Positions 29,255 to 38,782 of a DNA stretch of 64,000 nucleotides are shown one piece after another (the first letter of the stretch is position 1; the number at the start of each line of letters is the position of its first letter). The position numbers were made by a program, and so were the translations under genes. Under the pieces are notes generated by a model. It saw nothing but the letters and a program-made list of their open reading frames with translations. It ran no database searches and had not been told where the DNA came from. The DNA is from an uncultured bacterium (GTDB lineage Bacteria; Babelota; Babeliae; Babelales; Babelaceae), in the NCBI GenBank assembly GCA_963713855.1, contig OY970209.1, positions 416,001 through 480,000 on the forward strand, in the 5' to 3' direction.

Positions 29255-30427
29255 ATGAAGCGCTTTAATTTCTTTTTTATAATGAGCACCGTACAACTAT
29301 TTTCATGGGCAGCGATCAACAATGCTTATGAATGTTCTCTTAATGGGCAAGTTGGACTTGCTGACTTAGAAATGGTATCTACTGGAAATGCTACCAATCA
29401 TAAAACAGTTCTCATAACTGGTGGCGCAGGGTTTATTGGAAGCAATTTCCTGCGCTATATGTTTGACAAATATCCAAGCTACCATTTTATAGTCCTAGAC
29501 TTGCTCACGTATGCTGGATCTCTCGACAACATACCGGACTATATTAAGTTTTCTAAGCGCTTTGAATTTAGCTATGGCTCAGTGACCAATATTCCCCTTG
29601 TTGATTCTCTCATGCAAAAAGCCGATTATGTGGTACATTTTGCCGCTGAAACACATGTTACTCGTAGTATAGCCGACGACGCTGTGTTCTTTGAATCTGA
29701 TGTACTTGGGTCGCGCGTTCTTATGTCGAATCTTGTTAAACATGCTCATAAGGTAGAACGGTATATCCATATATCGACCTCAGAGGTATATGGCACTGCT
29801 CTAGTAGAACCTATGACCGAAGAACATCCTTTAAATCCTCGTTCTTCTTATGCTGCTGCAAAGGCTGGTGGCGATAGGCTTGTGCATGCTTATTGGTGTA
29901 CCTATGATATTCCGGCAGTTATTGTAAGACCCTTTAACAATTATGGGCCTCAGCAGCATCCTGAAAAAATGATGGCGCGCTTTATTACCAGCGCTATTAG
30001 AGAGCAGCCATTAACCATTCATGGGACGGGGCTGCAAGCACGTGATTGGCTACACACCAATGATACCTGCGCTGCTTTAGATGCTGTCTTACACGCCAAA
30101 GATTTTTCTAAAATAAAAAATCAAGTGATCAATCTTGGTACCGGTAAAGCGGCATCTGTTTTGGCTATTGCCAAAATGATTCTTAGCTTTTTTAATAAGT
30201 CTGAGGAGTTAATTAGCCACATATTAGATCGTCCAGGTCAGGTAGTAAATCACATTTCGTCAATCGAAAAAGCAAAGAAACTATTGGACTGGCAAGCAAA
30301 TGTGCAACTGGAAGAAGGCTTAAAAGAAGTGTGTGAGTGGTATGTTAATAATGTCGATCATTGGAAAAAAGCTGAGTTTATGAAGCGCATACCTTTACGC
30401 TTTAATAGCACTTTAGTTATCCAATAA
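29255..30427 (+). CDS. NDP-glucose 4,6-dehydratase (RmlB-like SDR)
   Basis: TGGAGFIGSNF, DLLTYAG, HFAAETHV, STSEVYG, YAAAK, NNYGPQQHPEK; ~50-aa N-terminal extension. Confidence 0.9.
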   Translation: MKRFNFFFIMSTVQLFSWAAINNAYECSLNGQVGLADLEMVSTGNATNHKTVLITGGAGFIGSNFLRYMFDKYPSYHFIVLDLLTYAGSLDNIPDYIKFSKRFEFSYGSVTNIPLVDSLMQKADYVVHFAAETHVTRSIADDAVFFESDVLGSRVLMSNLVKHAHKVERYIHISTSEVYGTALVEPMTEEHPLNPRSSYAAAKAGGDRLVHAYWCTYDIPAVIVRPFNNYGPQQHPEKMMARFITSAIREQPLTIHGTGLQARDWLHTNDTCAALDAVLHAKDFSKIKNQVINLGTGKAASVLAIAKMILSFFNKSEELISHILDRPGQVVNHISSIEKAKKLLDWQANVQLEEGLKEVCEWYVNNVDHWKKAEFMKRIPLRFNSTLVIQ

Positions 30428-30464
30428 CTAAAAAAAGCTAAGATCAGGAAAATGGCATCATCTT

Positions 30465-31031
30465 TTATTGTAAAGATAGTGTATCGAGGAATTTTTTAAA
30501 GGATTCGAGCGCTTTGATTCGTTGATTCCATTGTTTCTTTTCATCATAGAGCATTTCTGCATACGTTTTTAGGCAGTTATCTGGTTGAAAGACGCTTGCC
30601 CAACCGAATCCAAAAGTGCCGCGAGGCTCTACAATTCTGCCACCTGTAGCTCCGGAAAAGATGTGTATAGCGTTATCATGAGAAACATACGCAAGAACGG
30701 TCTCCGCCATCGCAGCACCATTTCCCATACGTAAGGCTAGCTCATAAAGCCCATGAGCACCCAGTTCTTGTAAAAACCACTTTATAAGAGGGCCAGGAAG
30801 CCGATTAAGTCCGCTAAAGTAGAGCGAAGTGTCTTCTAATATGAAATTACTGTAACCAGCTGCTTGGGCTTGTTCTATTTTGTGGTGGATGATCTTGAGA
30901 GGGTCAACGGCTTGTATTTCTTCAAGGTCTAGCGGGACTTGCTCTATAGAAAGGCTGGTATCGCTTAAGAATGAGGCAATTTCTTCAAATTTGCCTTGAT
31001 TGCTTGTAAGGACGATAAGATGATTCTTCAT
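30465..31031 (-). CDS. Non-canonical purine NTP pyrophosphatase (HAM1/ITPA/RdgB family)
   Basis: TSNQGKFEE, LEEIQ, EDTSL, LPGPLIKWF, PRGTFGFGW, TYAEM. Confidence 0.9.
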   Translation of the reverse strand: MKNHLIVLTSNQGKFEEIASFLSDTSLSIEQVPLDLEEIQAVDPLKIIHHKIEQAQAAGYSNFILEDTSLYFSGLNRLPGPLIKWFLQELGAHGLYELALRMGNGAAMAETVLAYVSHDNAIHIFSGATGGRIVEPRGTFGFGWASVFQPDNCLKTYAEMLYDEKKQWNQRIKALESFKKFLDTLSLQ

Positions 31032-31047
31032 AAAAACCTGAATAAAA

Positions 31048-31423
31048 TGGTGGAGGCGATGGGAATCGAACCCATGTCCGCAATACCTAGACCTTAAAGC
31101 ACTCCATGCTCAGTCCCTGGTTATACAGCGCATCTACCCCAAAGACAAGATCTGATGCACAGTCTTATTTTGTATAATATCAAGCTACAAAGCAAGAAAA
31201 CCTCACTTGATAGTCACATCTTATTACTACGAGTTGGCTCAATTGATGGACACATCAAGACAACAAGCGCTTAGTGCCCTTAGGCAAAAGCTGGGACAGC
31301 CATGCTGCTGCCCCCTACGGTATGTTCGCCGTTTATTGTTTAGATTCTTTTTTTACGAGCACTGAATCAAAGCTCGGCATGCACTCCAAGATTTCAATAC
31401 CACGTCGAAGCCAGTACGCCCCC
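31048..31423 (-). ncRNA. ssrA: tmRNA
   Basis: 5' GGGGGCGTACTGGCTTCGAC; 3' T-arm GGGTTCGATTCCC and CCTCCACCA end; tag ORF 31330-31280 GEHTVGGSSMAVPAFA*; smpB ~570 bp upstream on the same strand. Confidence 0.95.
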
Positions 31424-31498
31424 GTGTCTTTCAAAAGTACCTAAAAATTGCCATTTTGTCAAGATATGCTTGTCAGAATAGTGATCAGTGCTGCCATA

Positions 31499-31705
31499 TT
31501 AGAGAATCTTTTTATTAATGATAGCGTCTATGTTAGACCAGGCACCAATATTTCCTTTAGAGCGGTGCCAATTTCTATCGCCGCCATAAATTACATAAGA
31601 ATCATCGGCTGATGCATAGTTTATTAATTCCTGCTCTAAGCTTCGATGTATCACGAAACTCCTCCGTTGGTCCTTAGAAGATATATATGATGTTCTTATC
31701 AACAT
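31499..31705 (-). pseudogene. Possible C-terminal remnant of an AAA/DUF4143-type ATP-binding protein gene
   Basis: Tail SYVIYGGDRNWHRSKGNIGAWSNI resembles C-termini I recall for that family; the upstream AT-rich sequence has no long open frame. Confidence 0.35.
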
Positions 31706-31992
31706 ACCAAATTATTTTTTGAATACGACTACTTTAAATGTGCGTAAAATTAGGCATTATAATATAATTATTTCTATTATAGAACATTTGTCGTAGTCAA
31801 ATGTTCTATTCTTTGATTTAAGTATTTCTTGTCATCCGTTTAGATTCGATAACGTCTATAAAAGTACCTAACAAGGCCTCATCGTAGAAAAAGAGTGTTT
31901 TCAATAACTACAATGTTGTTAAAAAAACAATTAACGTTAGAGAATGTCGACTATCACGTCGCCAGTCATGAGTCTAAAAAGCGTAAGCATAC

Positions 31993-32448
31993 TCAATAGC
32001 GATAGGTTTTTTTAAGTTCTCGTCGAGTTTCTCGTTGGATATCCCGTTCCCTGATTTCCTCTTTTTGCTTATGGGCTTTTTTATGTTTTGCAATGCCGAG
32101 ATCGATCTTAAGAAAGCCTTTCTCGTTAAAGTACATTTTAAGCGGGACGAGAGTTACACCCTTTCGTGAAATGTCGCCGACAAGTCGTGTAAGCTCTTTT
32201 TTTCTGACAAGAAGCTTTCGCGTCTTGGTTGTGTCTTCTTTTTTAAAATAGGCGTGCGAATAGGGGCTTATGTGACAATTAAGTAAAAAAAGCTCTCCAT
32301 TTCTCACATGCGCAAAGCATCCAGTAAGGTTTACCTGACCAGCTCGCGCCGATTTGACTTCATCGCCTGTTAATACTATTCCAGCCTCGAGTCGATCAAT
32401 AATCTCGTAATCGTGGAAGGCTTTTTTATTTTGTGCAACAATCTTCAT
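31993..32448 (-). CDS. smpB: SsrA-binding protein SmpB
   Basis: NKKAFHDY, EAGIVLTGDEVKS, RKLL, LVPLKMYF. Confidence 0.97.
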   Translation of the reverse strand: MKIVAQNKKAFHDYEIIDRLEAGIVLTGDEVKSARAGQVNLTGCFAHVRNGELFLLNCHISPYSHAYFKKEDTTKTRKLLVRKKELTRLVGDISRKGVTLVPLKMYFNEKGFLKIDLGIAKHKKAHKQKEEIRERDIQRETRRELKKTYRY

Positions 32449-32547
32449 ATAAGCTTAGTTATTTTTATACAGTCCTCATTTAAGTATATACACAATACCC
32501 CAGAAGTTGAATAAAACGTAACTAGGTGGGCTACCAAAGAGTGCACC

Positions 32548-33243
32548 TTTCTTGCAACAGCAAACGCCAATTCGAATGACATAACACTCTTTAAGATAAC
32601 TGGGGGAGCTTTAAGTGGCGGTACTTCTCAATTATTACCTTCGGGTTCTGTTAATCCTCGATCAATACTTTTTTTCCCTGCCACAGCAGGTACAGGTTTA
32701 TTTCTTGCGACATGCAACAGCGCTTCTAATGATATAACCATATTCGATGTAAATGCAGGAATAGTGAGTAACAGTCGCTCGTACCCGTTACCTCAGAATG
32801 CTACCAATCCCCAGTCAATAGCTTCTTCAATAGATGGCAAATATCTTGCCACGGCCAATAGCAACTCGAGCAGCGTTAAGTTCTTTAATGCTACTTCGTT
32901 AAGTCAAGCACTATCTCAGTCGTTACCCGCTAATTCGAGCTACTGTGTAGGAATAGCCTTTGCCTCCAATAGCGCTTATGTTCTAACAGCTAATTATGAT
33001 TCAAATGACGTATCGGTTGTACCCCTTCTTCTAGGTGCAGTGTCGGAGGGCGACGCAGGTGATGGTTAAGGCAGTGATCTACCTTTAGGCGTCATCATAG
33101 GAACTTCTGTAGGTGTTCCTTTGGGTCTAGCCGTTTTAGCAGCTGGAACGAGTATAGTTGGTTTATTGGTTTACAATTACTTGCACAGGCATCGCGCAGG
33201 CAGCGTTAATTTTGACGGAAACGAATCCTCACAAGCTCTTTGA
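32548..33243 (+). pseudogene. 5'-truncated beta-propeller surface protein cassette with an in-frame stop before the TM anchor
   Basis: One frame from 32548 (FLATANANSNDITLF...) with no start codon or signal; TAA at 33067-33069; continues GSDLPLGVIIGTSVGVPLGLAVLAAG...YNYLHRHRAGSVNFDGNESSQAL*; collinear with the C-terminus of 50811-54113. Confidence 0.88.
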
Positions 33244-33395
33244 ATTTTTCAGCATCACTAAACTTTTTTGCGTCCGATTCAAAACCTTTGTGCTAAGAAA
33301 AAGCACCAAAATAGGTTGTTCTCATTGTCAAATTCGTGATTTTAGGGTATTCTATGATTTTAAGTACATCTTTGTAAATTACTTAAAGCAATAGC

Positions 33396-34070
33396 ATGAA
33401 AAAAAATATACTATTCCTTACCTTTCTTTGTTTCACGCCATATTTAATGGGGGCTCTTCCTAAAGCGACTAAAGAACCCGTCTATCTTCTTGAGCTTGAT
33501 TTTCCAGATAGCGTCAGCAAGGATACAGCTGGTATTAGCTCTGTGTATCACGGAATGAGTGTTCCTTTTGAAGATGGTTTGTGTCAATTGCCTGAGCGTA
33601 AGCTTAAAACTTTTTTTTCGCTTATTTTTACTGAGACTATTGAGCGCAAGAGTAATGGCACGTGTCATTTTATTGAACGGATCGCGGATGCGCCGTGTAA
33701 ATGGTATAATCTGACCCTGCACTTGAAGGAATCTGAAGATGCTTCGCATTATGAATACAACTGGCAAGTAGAAGAGCTTTTAAAAAGCCAGATGCCTTTA
33801 CGCATACCAGAGCACGCTGGTATTATCGTCCAGCTTCCCGCCGATTATGTTGCTGGAATTAGTGATGAGGAAGATGTCACGCGAAAAGGGTATTTCGTTT
33901 TACATTTGCCTAAAATATTATTACGCAAAGATCTTACCCAAGAAGAGATGACGGAAAAGCTTGATGAAATAGCGCGTGACAAATTAAAGGTACGAGTTTT
34001 TTGCCCTCTCGTACAATCTGAGACTAAAAAACATGCCCACTGTAGAGTACGCCATATACCACAACGTTGA
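33396..34070 (+). CDS. Hypothetical protein with signal peptide
   Basis: MKKNILFLTFLCF N-terminus; 224-aa ORF whose stop abuts the tsaD start. Confidence 0.75.
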   Translation: MKKNILFLTFLCFTPYLMGALPKATKEPVYLLELDFPDSVSKDTAGISSVYHGMSVPFEDGLCQLPERKLKTFFSLIFTETIERKSNGTCHFIERIADAPCKWYNLTLHLKESEDASHYEYNWQVEELLKSQMPLRIPEHAGIIVQLPADYVAGISDEEDVTRKGYFVLHLPKILLRKDLTQEEMTEKLDEIARDKLKVRVFCPLVQSETKKHAHCRVRHIPQR

Positions 34071-35095
34071 CGCAAAAGATGATTGTTTTAGGTATCGAAA
34101 CTTCTTGTGATGAAACAGCTGCTGCCATCTACCAAACGGGCGAAGGAATCATTTCTAGTTATCTTTTTTCACAAACTGAGCAGCATAAGCGATACGGTGG
34201 TGTTGTACCAGAAATAGCGTCAAGAGCACAGATCGAAAAAATACGAGATATGGTCAATAGCGCGATTAAAGGGGCTCAACTGACCTTAAACGATATCGAT
34301 GTCATTGCTGTAACTCATACTCCTGGACTTCCTGGATCCCTTCTTGTTGGTCTTTCTTTTGCTAAAGCTCTTTCTTACGCTATGAATAAGAAGCTTGTAG
34401 GTGTTAATCACCTGGAGGCACACGCTTTTTCTGCGCTTATTGAGCATGACGTGCCATTTCCCTTTTTATGCTTGACAGCTTCTGGTGGTCATACTGCTCT
34501 TTATAAAATAGAAGCTCTTGGAAAGTACGAAGTGCTTGGCAAAACGACCGATGACGCTGCAGGCGAAGCTTTTGATAAAGTTGCCAAAATGATGCACTAT
34601 CCCTATCCTGGAGGGCCAATTATAGAGCGACTAGCAGAGAAAGTGCAGTTTCAAGATTTTTTTCATTATCCGCGACTTAAAAAGCCCTCGCTTGATTTTA
34701 GTTTTTCAGGTCTTAAAACGGCTGTGTTATACGATCTTGTCAAAAAAACTGCCTACGATTTAAAAACAAAAACGTTTACCGCTCGCGATGATGTTCAGCT
34801 TCATGAGTGTGTTGCAAGTTCGCTTCTTGTATGTATCGCTGATATCTTTGTCGATCGTGTAAAAAGAGCTCTTTTGGCGCATCCCGAAGTTAAGGCTCTT
34901 ACCTTTGTGGGAGGGGTTGCCTGCAATCGTTATATTAAAGATCGTCTGCAAACACTTTCAAAAGCCAATGGGTTACCGTTTTTTACGCCCTCAATGAGCT
35001 ATTGCACAGATAACGCAGCTATGGTAGCATTTGTCGGACATTACAAAGCACAACAAGGGCTTTACGCCGATATGACACTAGATATCACTTATTAA
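34067..35095 (+). CDS. tsaD: tRNA N6-adenosine threonylcarbamoyltransferase TsaD
   Basis: [56 protein letters not shown]. Confidence 0.97.
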   Translation: MTQKMIVLGIETSCDETAAAIYQTGEGIISSYLFSQTEQHKRYGGVVPEIASRAQIEKIRDMVNSAIKGAQLTLNDIDVIAVTHTPGLPGSLLVGLSFAKALSYAMNKKLVGVNHLEAHAFSALIEHDVPFPFLCLTASGGHTALYKIEALGKYEVLGKTTDDAAGEAFDKVAKMMHYPYPGGPIIERLAEKVQFQDFFHYPRLKKPSLDFSFSGLKTAVLYDLVKKTAYDLKTKTFTARDDVQLHECVASSLLVCIADIFVDRVKRALLAHPEVKALTFVGGVACNRYIKDRLQTLSKANGLPFFTPSMSYCTDNAAMVAFVGHYKAQQGLYADMTLDITY

Positions 35096-36408
35096 GGTGT
35101 TGGACTTGTAGCTCCGCCGCCTTTTTTGTTCATGGTTTCAAGAAATTCTTCATTTGTTTTGGTCTTTTTAATCTTATCTATAAGTACTTCCATACCTTCT
35201 ACTGTGTTCATGGTAGATAAGAACTTCCGGAGCACGCGTACGCGATTAAGTTCAGTTTCAGGCATTAAAAGCTCCTCACGGCGCGTACCTGAAAGAAGAA
35301 GGTCAAATGCAGGAAATATGCGAAGATTTGAAAGCTTACGGCTCATATGTATTTCCATATTACCCGTGCCTTTGAACTCTTCAAAGATGACCTCATCCAT
35401 GCGAGATCCGGTCTCTATCAAAGCGCTTGCAAGAATGGTAAGTGAGCCACCTTCTTCGGTATTACGTGCTGCACCAAAAAAACGCTTAGGTCTTTGGAGT
35501 GCGTTGGCGTCAATACCGCCTGTTAGTATTTTTCCCGATGCCGGGGCTATTGTATTATAAGCGCGGGCAAGCCTCGTGATAGAATCGAGAAGAATGACGA
35601 CGTCAAGGCCAACTTCGACAAGTCTTTTTGCTTTTTCAAGCACTATCTCAGCAACCTGTACGTGCCGCTCTGCAGCTTCGTCAAAAGTAGAGCTAATAAC
35701 TTCAGCACGCGCCCCTTTGACAAACCGCCTCATGTCAGCAACTTCTTCCGGTCTTTCGTCAACGAGTAACACAATAAGGTAGACCTCCGGGTGATTTGCA
35801 ACAAGGGCTTGAGCTATCTCTTTTAAAAGCATAGTCTTACCCGTTTTTGGTGGGGCTACGATGAGGCCTCGCTGGCCGCGTCCAATAGGTGAAAAAAGAT
35901 CCATTATTCGTGTTGAAACGAAGGTGGGATCAGCTTCAATGTTGAACTTTTTTTCAGGATGCAAAGGTGAAAGTCGATCAAAACAGAGTCTATCGCCTGC
36001 CACTGCAGGATCCTGAAAATCTATTTTGTCGATCTTCAAAAGCGCAAAATATTTTTCTCCCTCTTTAGGTTTTCTAATAACACCTGAGACAGTGTCTCCA
36101 GTTCGCAAATTAAAACGCCTAATTTGTGAAGGAGAAACATATACGTCATCCGGCCCGGAAACATAGTCAAATTGAGCAGAGCGTAAAAAGCCAAAGCCGT
36201 CCGGAAGCCTTTCTAAAACACCCTCAACATGAATCTCTTTGTCGGGATGCTGCTCTAAATCCATTATGTGTTGGACCAATTGTTCCTTGTTCATAAAGGT
36301 TGAGCCGATAATACCTAATCGACGAGCTTGAATCAGAAGGTCGTTGAGAGTATGCCCGCGTAATTCCTGTCCCCGGTTTTGTAAAGCAGTTTTAGTCCCC
36401 TCTTCCAT
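35092..36408 (-). CDS. rho: Transcription termination factor Rho
   Basis: [58 protein letters not shown]. Confidence 0.98.
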   Translation of the reverse strand: MEEGTKTALQNRGQELRGHTLNDLLIQARRLGIIGSTFMNKEQLVQHIMDLEQHPDKEIHVEGVLERLPDGFGFLRSAQFDYVSGPDDVYVSPSQIRRFNLRTGDTVSGVIRKPKEGEKYFALLKIDKIDFQDPAVAGDRLCFDRLSPLHPEKKFNIEADPTFVSTRIMDLFSPIGRGQRGLIVAPPKTGKTMLLKEIAQALVANHPEVYLIVLLVDERPEEVADMRRFVKGARAEVISSTFDEAAERHVQVAEIVLEKAKRLVEVGLDVVILLDSITRLARAYNTIAPASGKILTGGIDANALQRPKRFFGAARNTEEGGSLTILASALIETGSRMDEVIFEEFKGTGNMEIHMSRKLSNLRIFPAFDLLLSGTRREELLMPETELNRVRVLRKFLSTMNTVEGMEVLIDKIKKTKTNEEFLETMNKKGGGATSPTP

Positions 36409-36531
36409 AAGTCTCCTTATCTTAATATGCACATAAAAAGGCAGTCTTGGGGTTTTTCTGCCTAAGTGATAATAGTTTTTTTCTTTTCTTTAACGAGAAA
36501 AGCACAGTATAGAGGTAACGGGTAAGCCTCT

Positions 36532-37428
36532 TTATGCTAGGCGCTTATTTTTATCTTTATAGAGCAATAACATGATTGGGCTTGCAATTGCAATCGATGA
36601 GTATGTACCGAAAACTATACCTACTAAAAGTGCTAAGGCAAACGTGCGCAATGCTGGGCCCCCAAAGATAAGAAGAGCGAGCACTACCAATGCTGTCGCT
36701 AAGCTTGTAAGCAAGGTCCGACGCAATGTCTCGTTGATACTTATATTGACGATATTTTCCATCGATTCATTGTGAATACGCTTAACATTTTCCCGGATGC
36801 GCGCAAAAATAACAATAGTGTCATTAATAGAATAACCAAGAATAGCTAAAATGGCGGCAATTACGTTTGTTGATATCTCATAATCGAATATAAGGAAAAA
36901 TCCTAAAATAACGATTGCATCGTGAAATAGAGATACCAGAACACCGACGCCATATGCTAAAGACCAAAATCTCCACCAGGTATATAAAAGCATGAGTATG
37001 AGCGCCAAAATAATGGCTTTAAGAGATTTTTGCCACTGAGCGGCGCCTTCGCCCTGTCCAACGGCGTTAACTTCCTTGATCTCAATTGTATTGCCAGGTA
37101 GGTTTTCTTTGAGTACTTCTTCTATTTTTTTCGAAAGACCCTGCGTGTCACCTGAATATTCTCTTACTCGTACAAGGATTTCTGTTGAAGAAAAGTCTCT
37201 TGCTATAGCACCTTTGATACCTGCCCGATCAAGGATTTGTACTACTTGCTCACTATGAATTGGTTGCGAAAAACCAAGTAACACTTGAATACCACCCGTA
37301 AAATCAACGCTATAGATTAAACCATAGCCACGAGTTTGCGTCTTATAGATATAGTCTGCGGCAAAAAGACCAAAGACACCTAGAGAGAACAATGCATAAA
37401 GCCAACGGTACTTAAGAAAGTTAATCAT
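36532..37428 (-). CDS. secF: Protein translocase subunit SecF
   Basis: VDFTGG, HD in TM helix, GYSINDTIVIFARIREN, GTYSSIAIASP. Confidence 0.95.
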   Translation of the reverse strand: MINFLKYRWLYALFSLGVFGLFAADYIYKTQTRGYGLIYSVDFTGGIQVLLGFSQPIHSEQVVQILDRAGIKGAIARDFSSTEILVRVREYSGDTQGLSKKIEEVLKENLPGNTIEIKEVNAVGQGEGAAQWQKSLKAIILALILMLLYTWWRFWSLAYGVGVLVSLFHDAIVILGFFLIFDYEISTNVIAAILAILGYSINDTIVIFARIRENVKRIHNESMENIVNISINETLRRTLLTSLATALVVLALLIFGGPALRTFALALLVGIVFGTYSSIAIASPIMLLLYKDKNKRLA

Positions 37429-37473
37429 AATCTCCCCAGTTCTTCTCCTGCATCGTAGAGTAAGCTCTAAAAT

Positions 37474-37722
37474 TTATATAACCGAAACGTATTTTCTGCC
37501 TTTGGGACCAAAGTGAAACTTGATAACCCCAGGTGCTACGGCAAAAATAGTATAGTCACCACCAAGTCCAACATTTCTTCCGGGGTGGATATGCGTACCA
37601 CGTTGACGCACGATTATTTCCCCGCCATTAACGTTTTGACCATCAAAAAGCTTGACGCCCAGTCTTTTACCAATACTATCGCGTCCGTTTGAGGTTGATC
37701 CACCAGATTTACTCGTTGCCAT
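37474..37722 (-). CDS. rpmA: 50S ribosomal protein L27
   Basis: [39 protein letters not shown]. Confidence 0.98.
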   Translation of the reverse strand: MATSKSGGSTSNGRDSIGKRLGVKLFDGQNVNGGEIIVRQRGTHIHPGRNVGLGGDYTIFAVAPGVIKFHFGPKGRKYVSVI

Positions 37723-38174
37723 CGTAATTTCTCCTGTGCCGCATCTAAAAAAGTTGTTTTAATATGAATGAATAAAAAGATGGGAATCGCTATCAGTATG
37801 CGTTAATTTCAGTTGAAAGTCAAAATCCCTCCTGAATGAAGGGGCACTTTTAAAGCAGTTTTATGTCGCCAACTTTTTGGATACCCAAAAAAAGGTTGCA
37901 GCCGAGTAGACAGCAAAACCTATAATGTAGAATAACACCTTTTGGAAAGGATTTCTACGGCAATTGTAAAAAACCCGACGTCCCAGGAAACTTTTTGAGG
38001 ATAGACATAACTGATTGACTGTTCTATCATAAAAGCTGGATTTTTATGTAAAAAGTCTCAAAATTTGTCTTTGATAGCTCAAAAAGCCGCCTAACGGCGC
38101 ATTGATGTACGAATAAAATAGTCTTTATCGAGGGACGATAGCTTATGCAGATAGCCCATAACATAAGGAGAAGT

Positions 38175-38339
38175 ATGATGGTCATACAATTAGTTGCTTT
38201 AGCGGCTTTTACGCTTATTTCCGCGCAAAGCCTTGCTTTTAGATCAGTCGGTGCTGCGCGGAAGTATCCTCTGCCAATTTACGGCAAATCTAGGCCGACG
38301 CCGCCTCAGCCACCACCACCAACGCCGCGGGCCAACTAA
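38175..38339 (+). CDS. Small secreted basic, Pro-rich peptide
   Basis: AAGGAG RBS before ATG ATG; signal peptide ending SLA; mature FRSVGAARKYPLPIYGKSRPTPPQPPPPTPRAN. Confidence 0.6.
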   Translation: MMVIQLVALAAFTLISAQSLAFRSVGAARKYPLPIYGKSRPTPPQPPPPTPRAN

Positions 38340-38418
38340 GTATTTGCCTTCCATTCTTGTCGTCGTTCGATTCTTTGTGGTACAAAGGTAAATAGTCTTT
38401 GTAAGAAAGGAATCGAGA

Positions 38419-38778
38419 ATGAACCGCGTGGTATTGAGCTTCAGTGCTTTAGGGGTACTATTTATCTGCTTCCCACTTTTTGGCGCGGTTAGCCATCCGC
38501 GTGCAGGAATGGTTCGTAGAATGCGCATGGAAGGAAAAGGTGCTCCAAGCCTTTCTCGTTTTCGCAGAATCGAGGAGGTACAGGGTTTTATAAGAAATAT
38601 GCCCAACAAAGTCCTACGGCACGAAGACCGCTTTTTTCTTGTAAATGGGGAGGGAGATAGGCAGCCTCTGATAGTTGTAGATTCTGCCAAAGCAAAACCT
38701 TCAGGGCATCTTTTTTATGTAGGTAGTTTTCGTGATCTTCAAAATGGTAAAATGCTTAGAGCTTATATAGAAAACTAG
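38419..38778 (+). CDS. Small secreted basic hypothetical protein
   Basis: AAAGGA RBS; hydrophobic N-terminus; fills the gap before the convergent polA. Confidence 0.65.
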   Translation: MNRVVLSFSALGVLFICFPLFGAVSHPRAGMVRRMRMEGKGAPSLSRFRRIEEVQGFIRNMPNKVLRHEDRFFLVNGEGDRQPLIVVDSAKAKPSGHLFYVGSFRDLQNGKMLRAYIEN

Positions 38779-38782
38779 ACTA

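Noticed and set aside
31779..31809. Inverted repeat as a LexA box
   Set aside because: The GAAC and GTTC halves are much further apart than GAAC-N4-GTTC, and it does not match CTG-N10-CAG
33158..33394. 78-aa plus-strand ORF
   Set aside because: Begins out of frame inside the pseudogene tail and continues through intergenic DNA; no supporting features
38244..38690. 148-aa minus-strand ORF with WWWW/RRRR runs
   Set aside because: Antisense shadow of the Pro-rich peptide and the 38419 gene, both of which have an RBS and signal peptide
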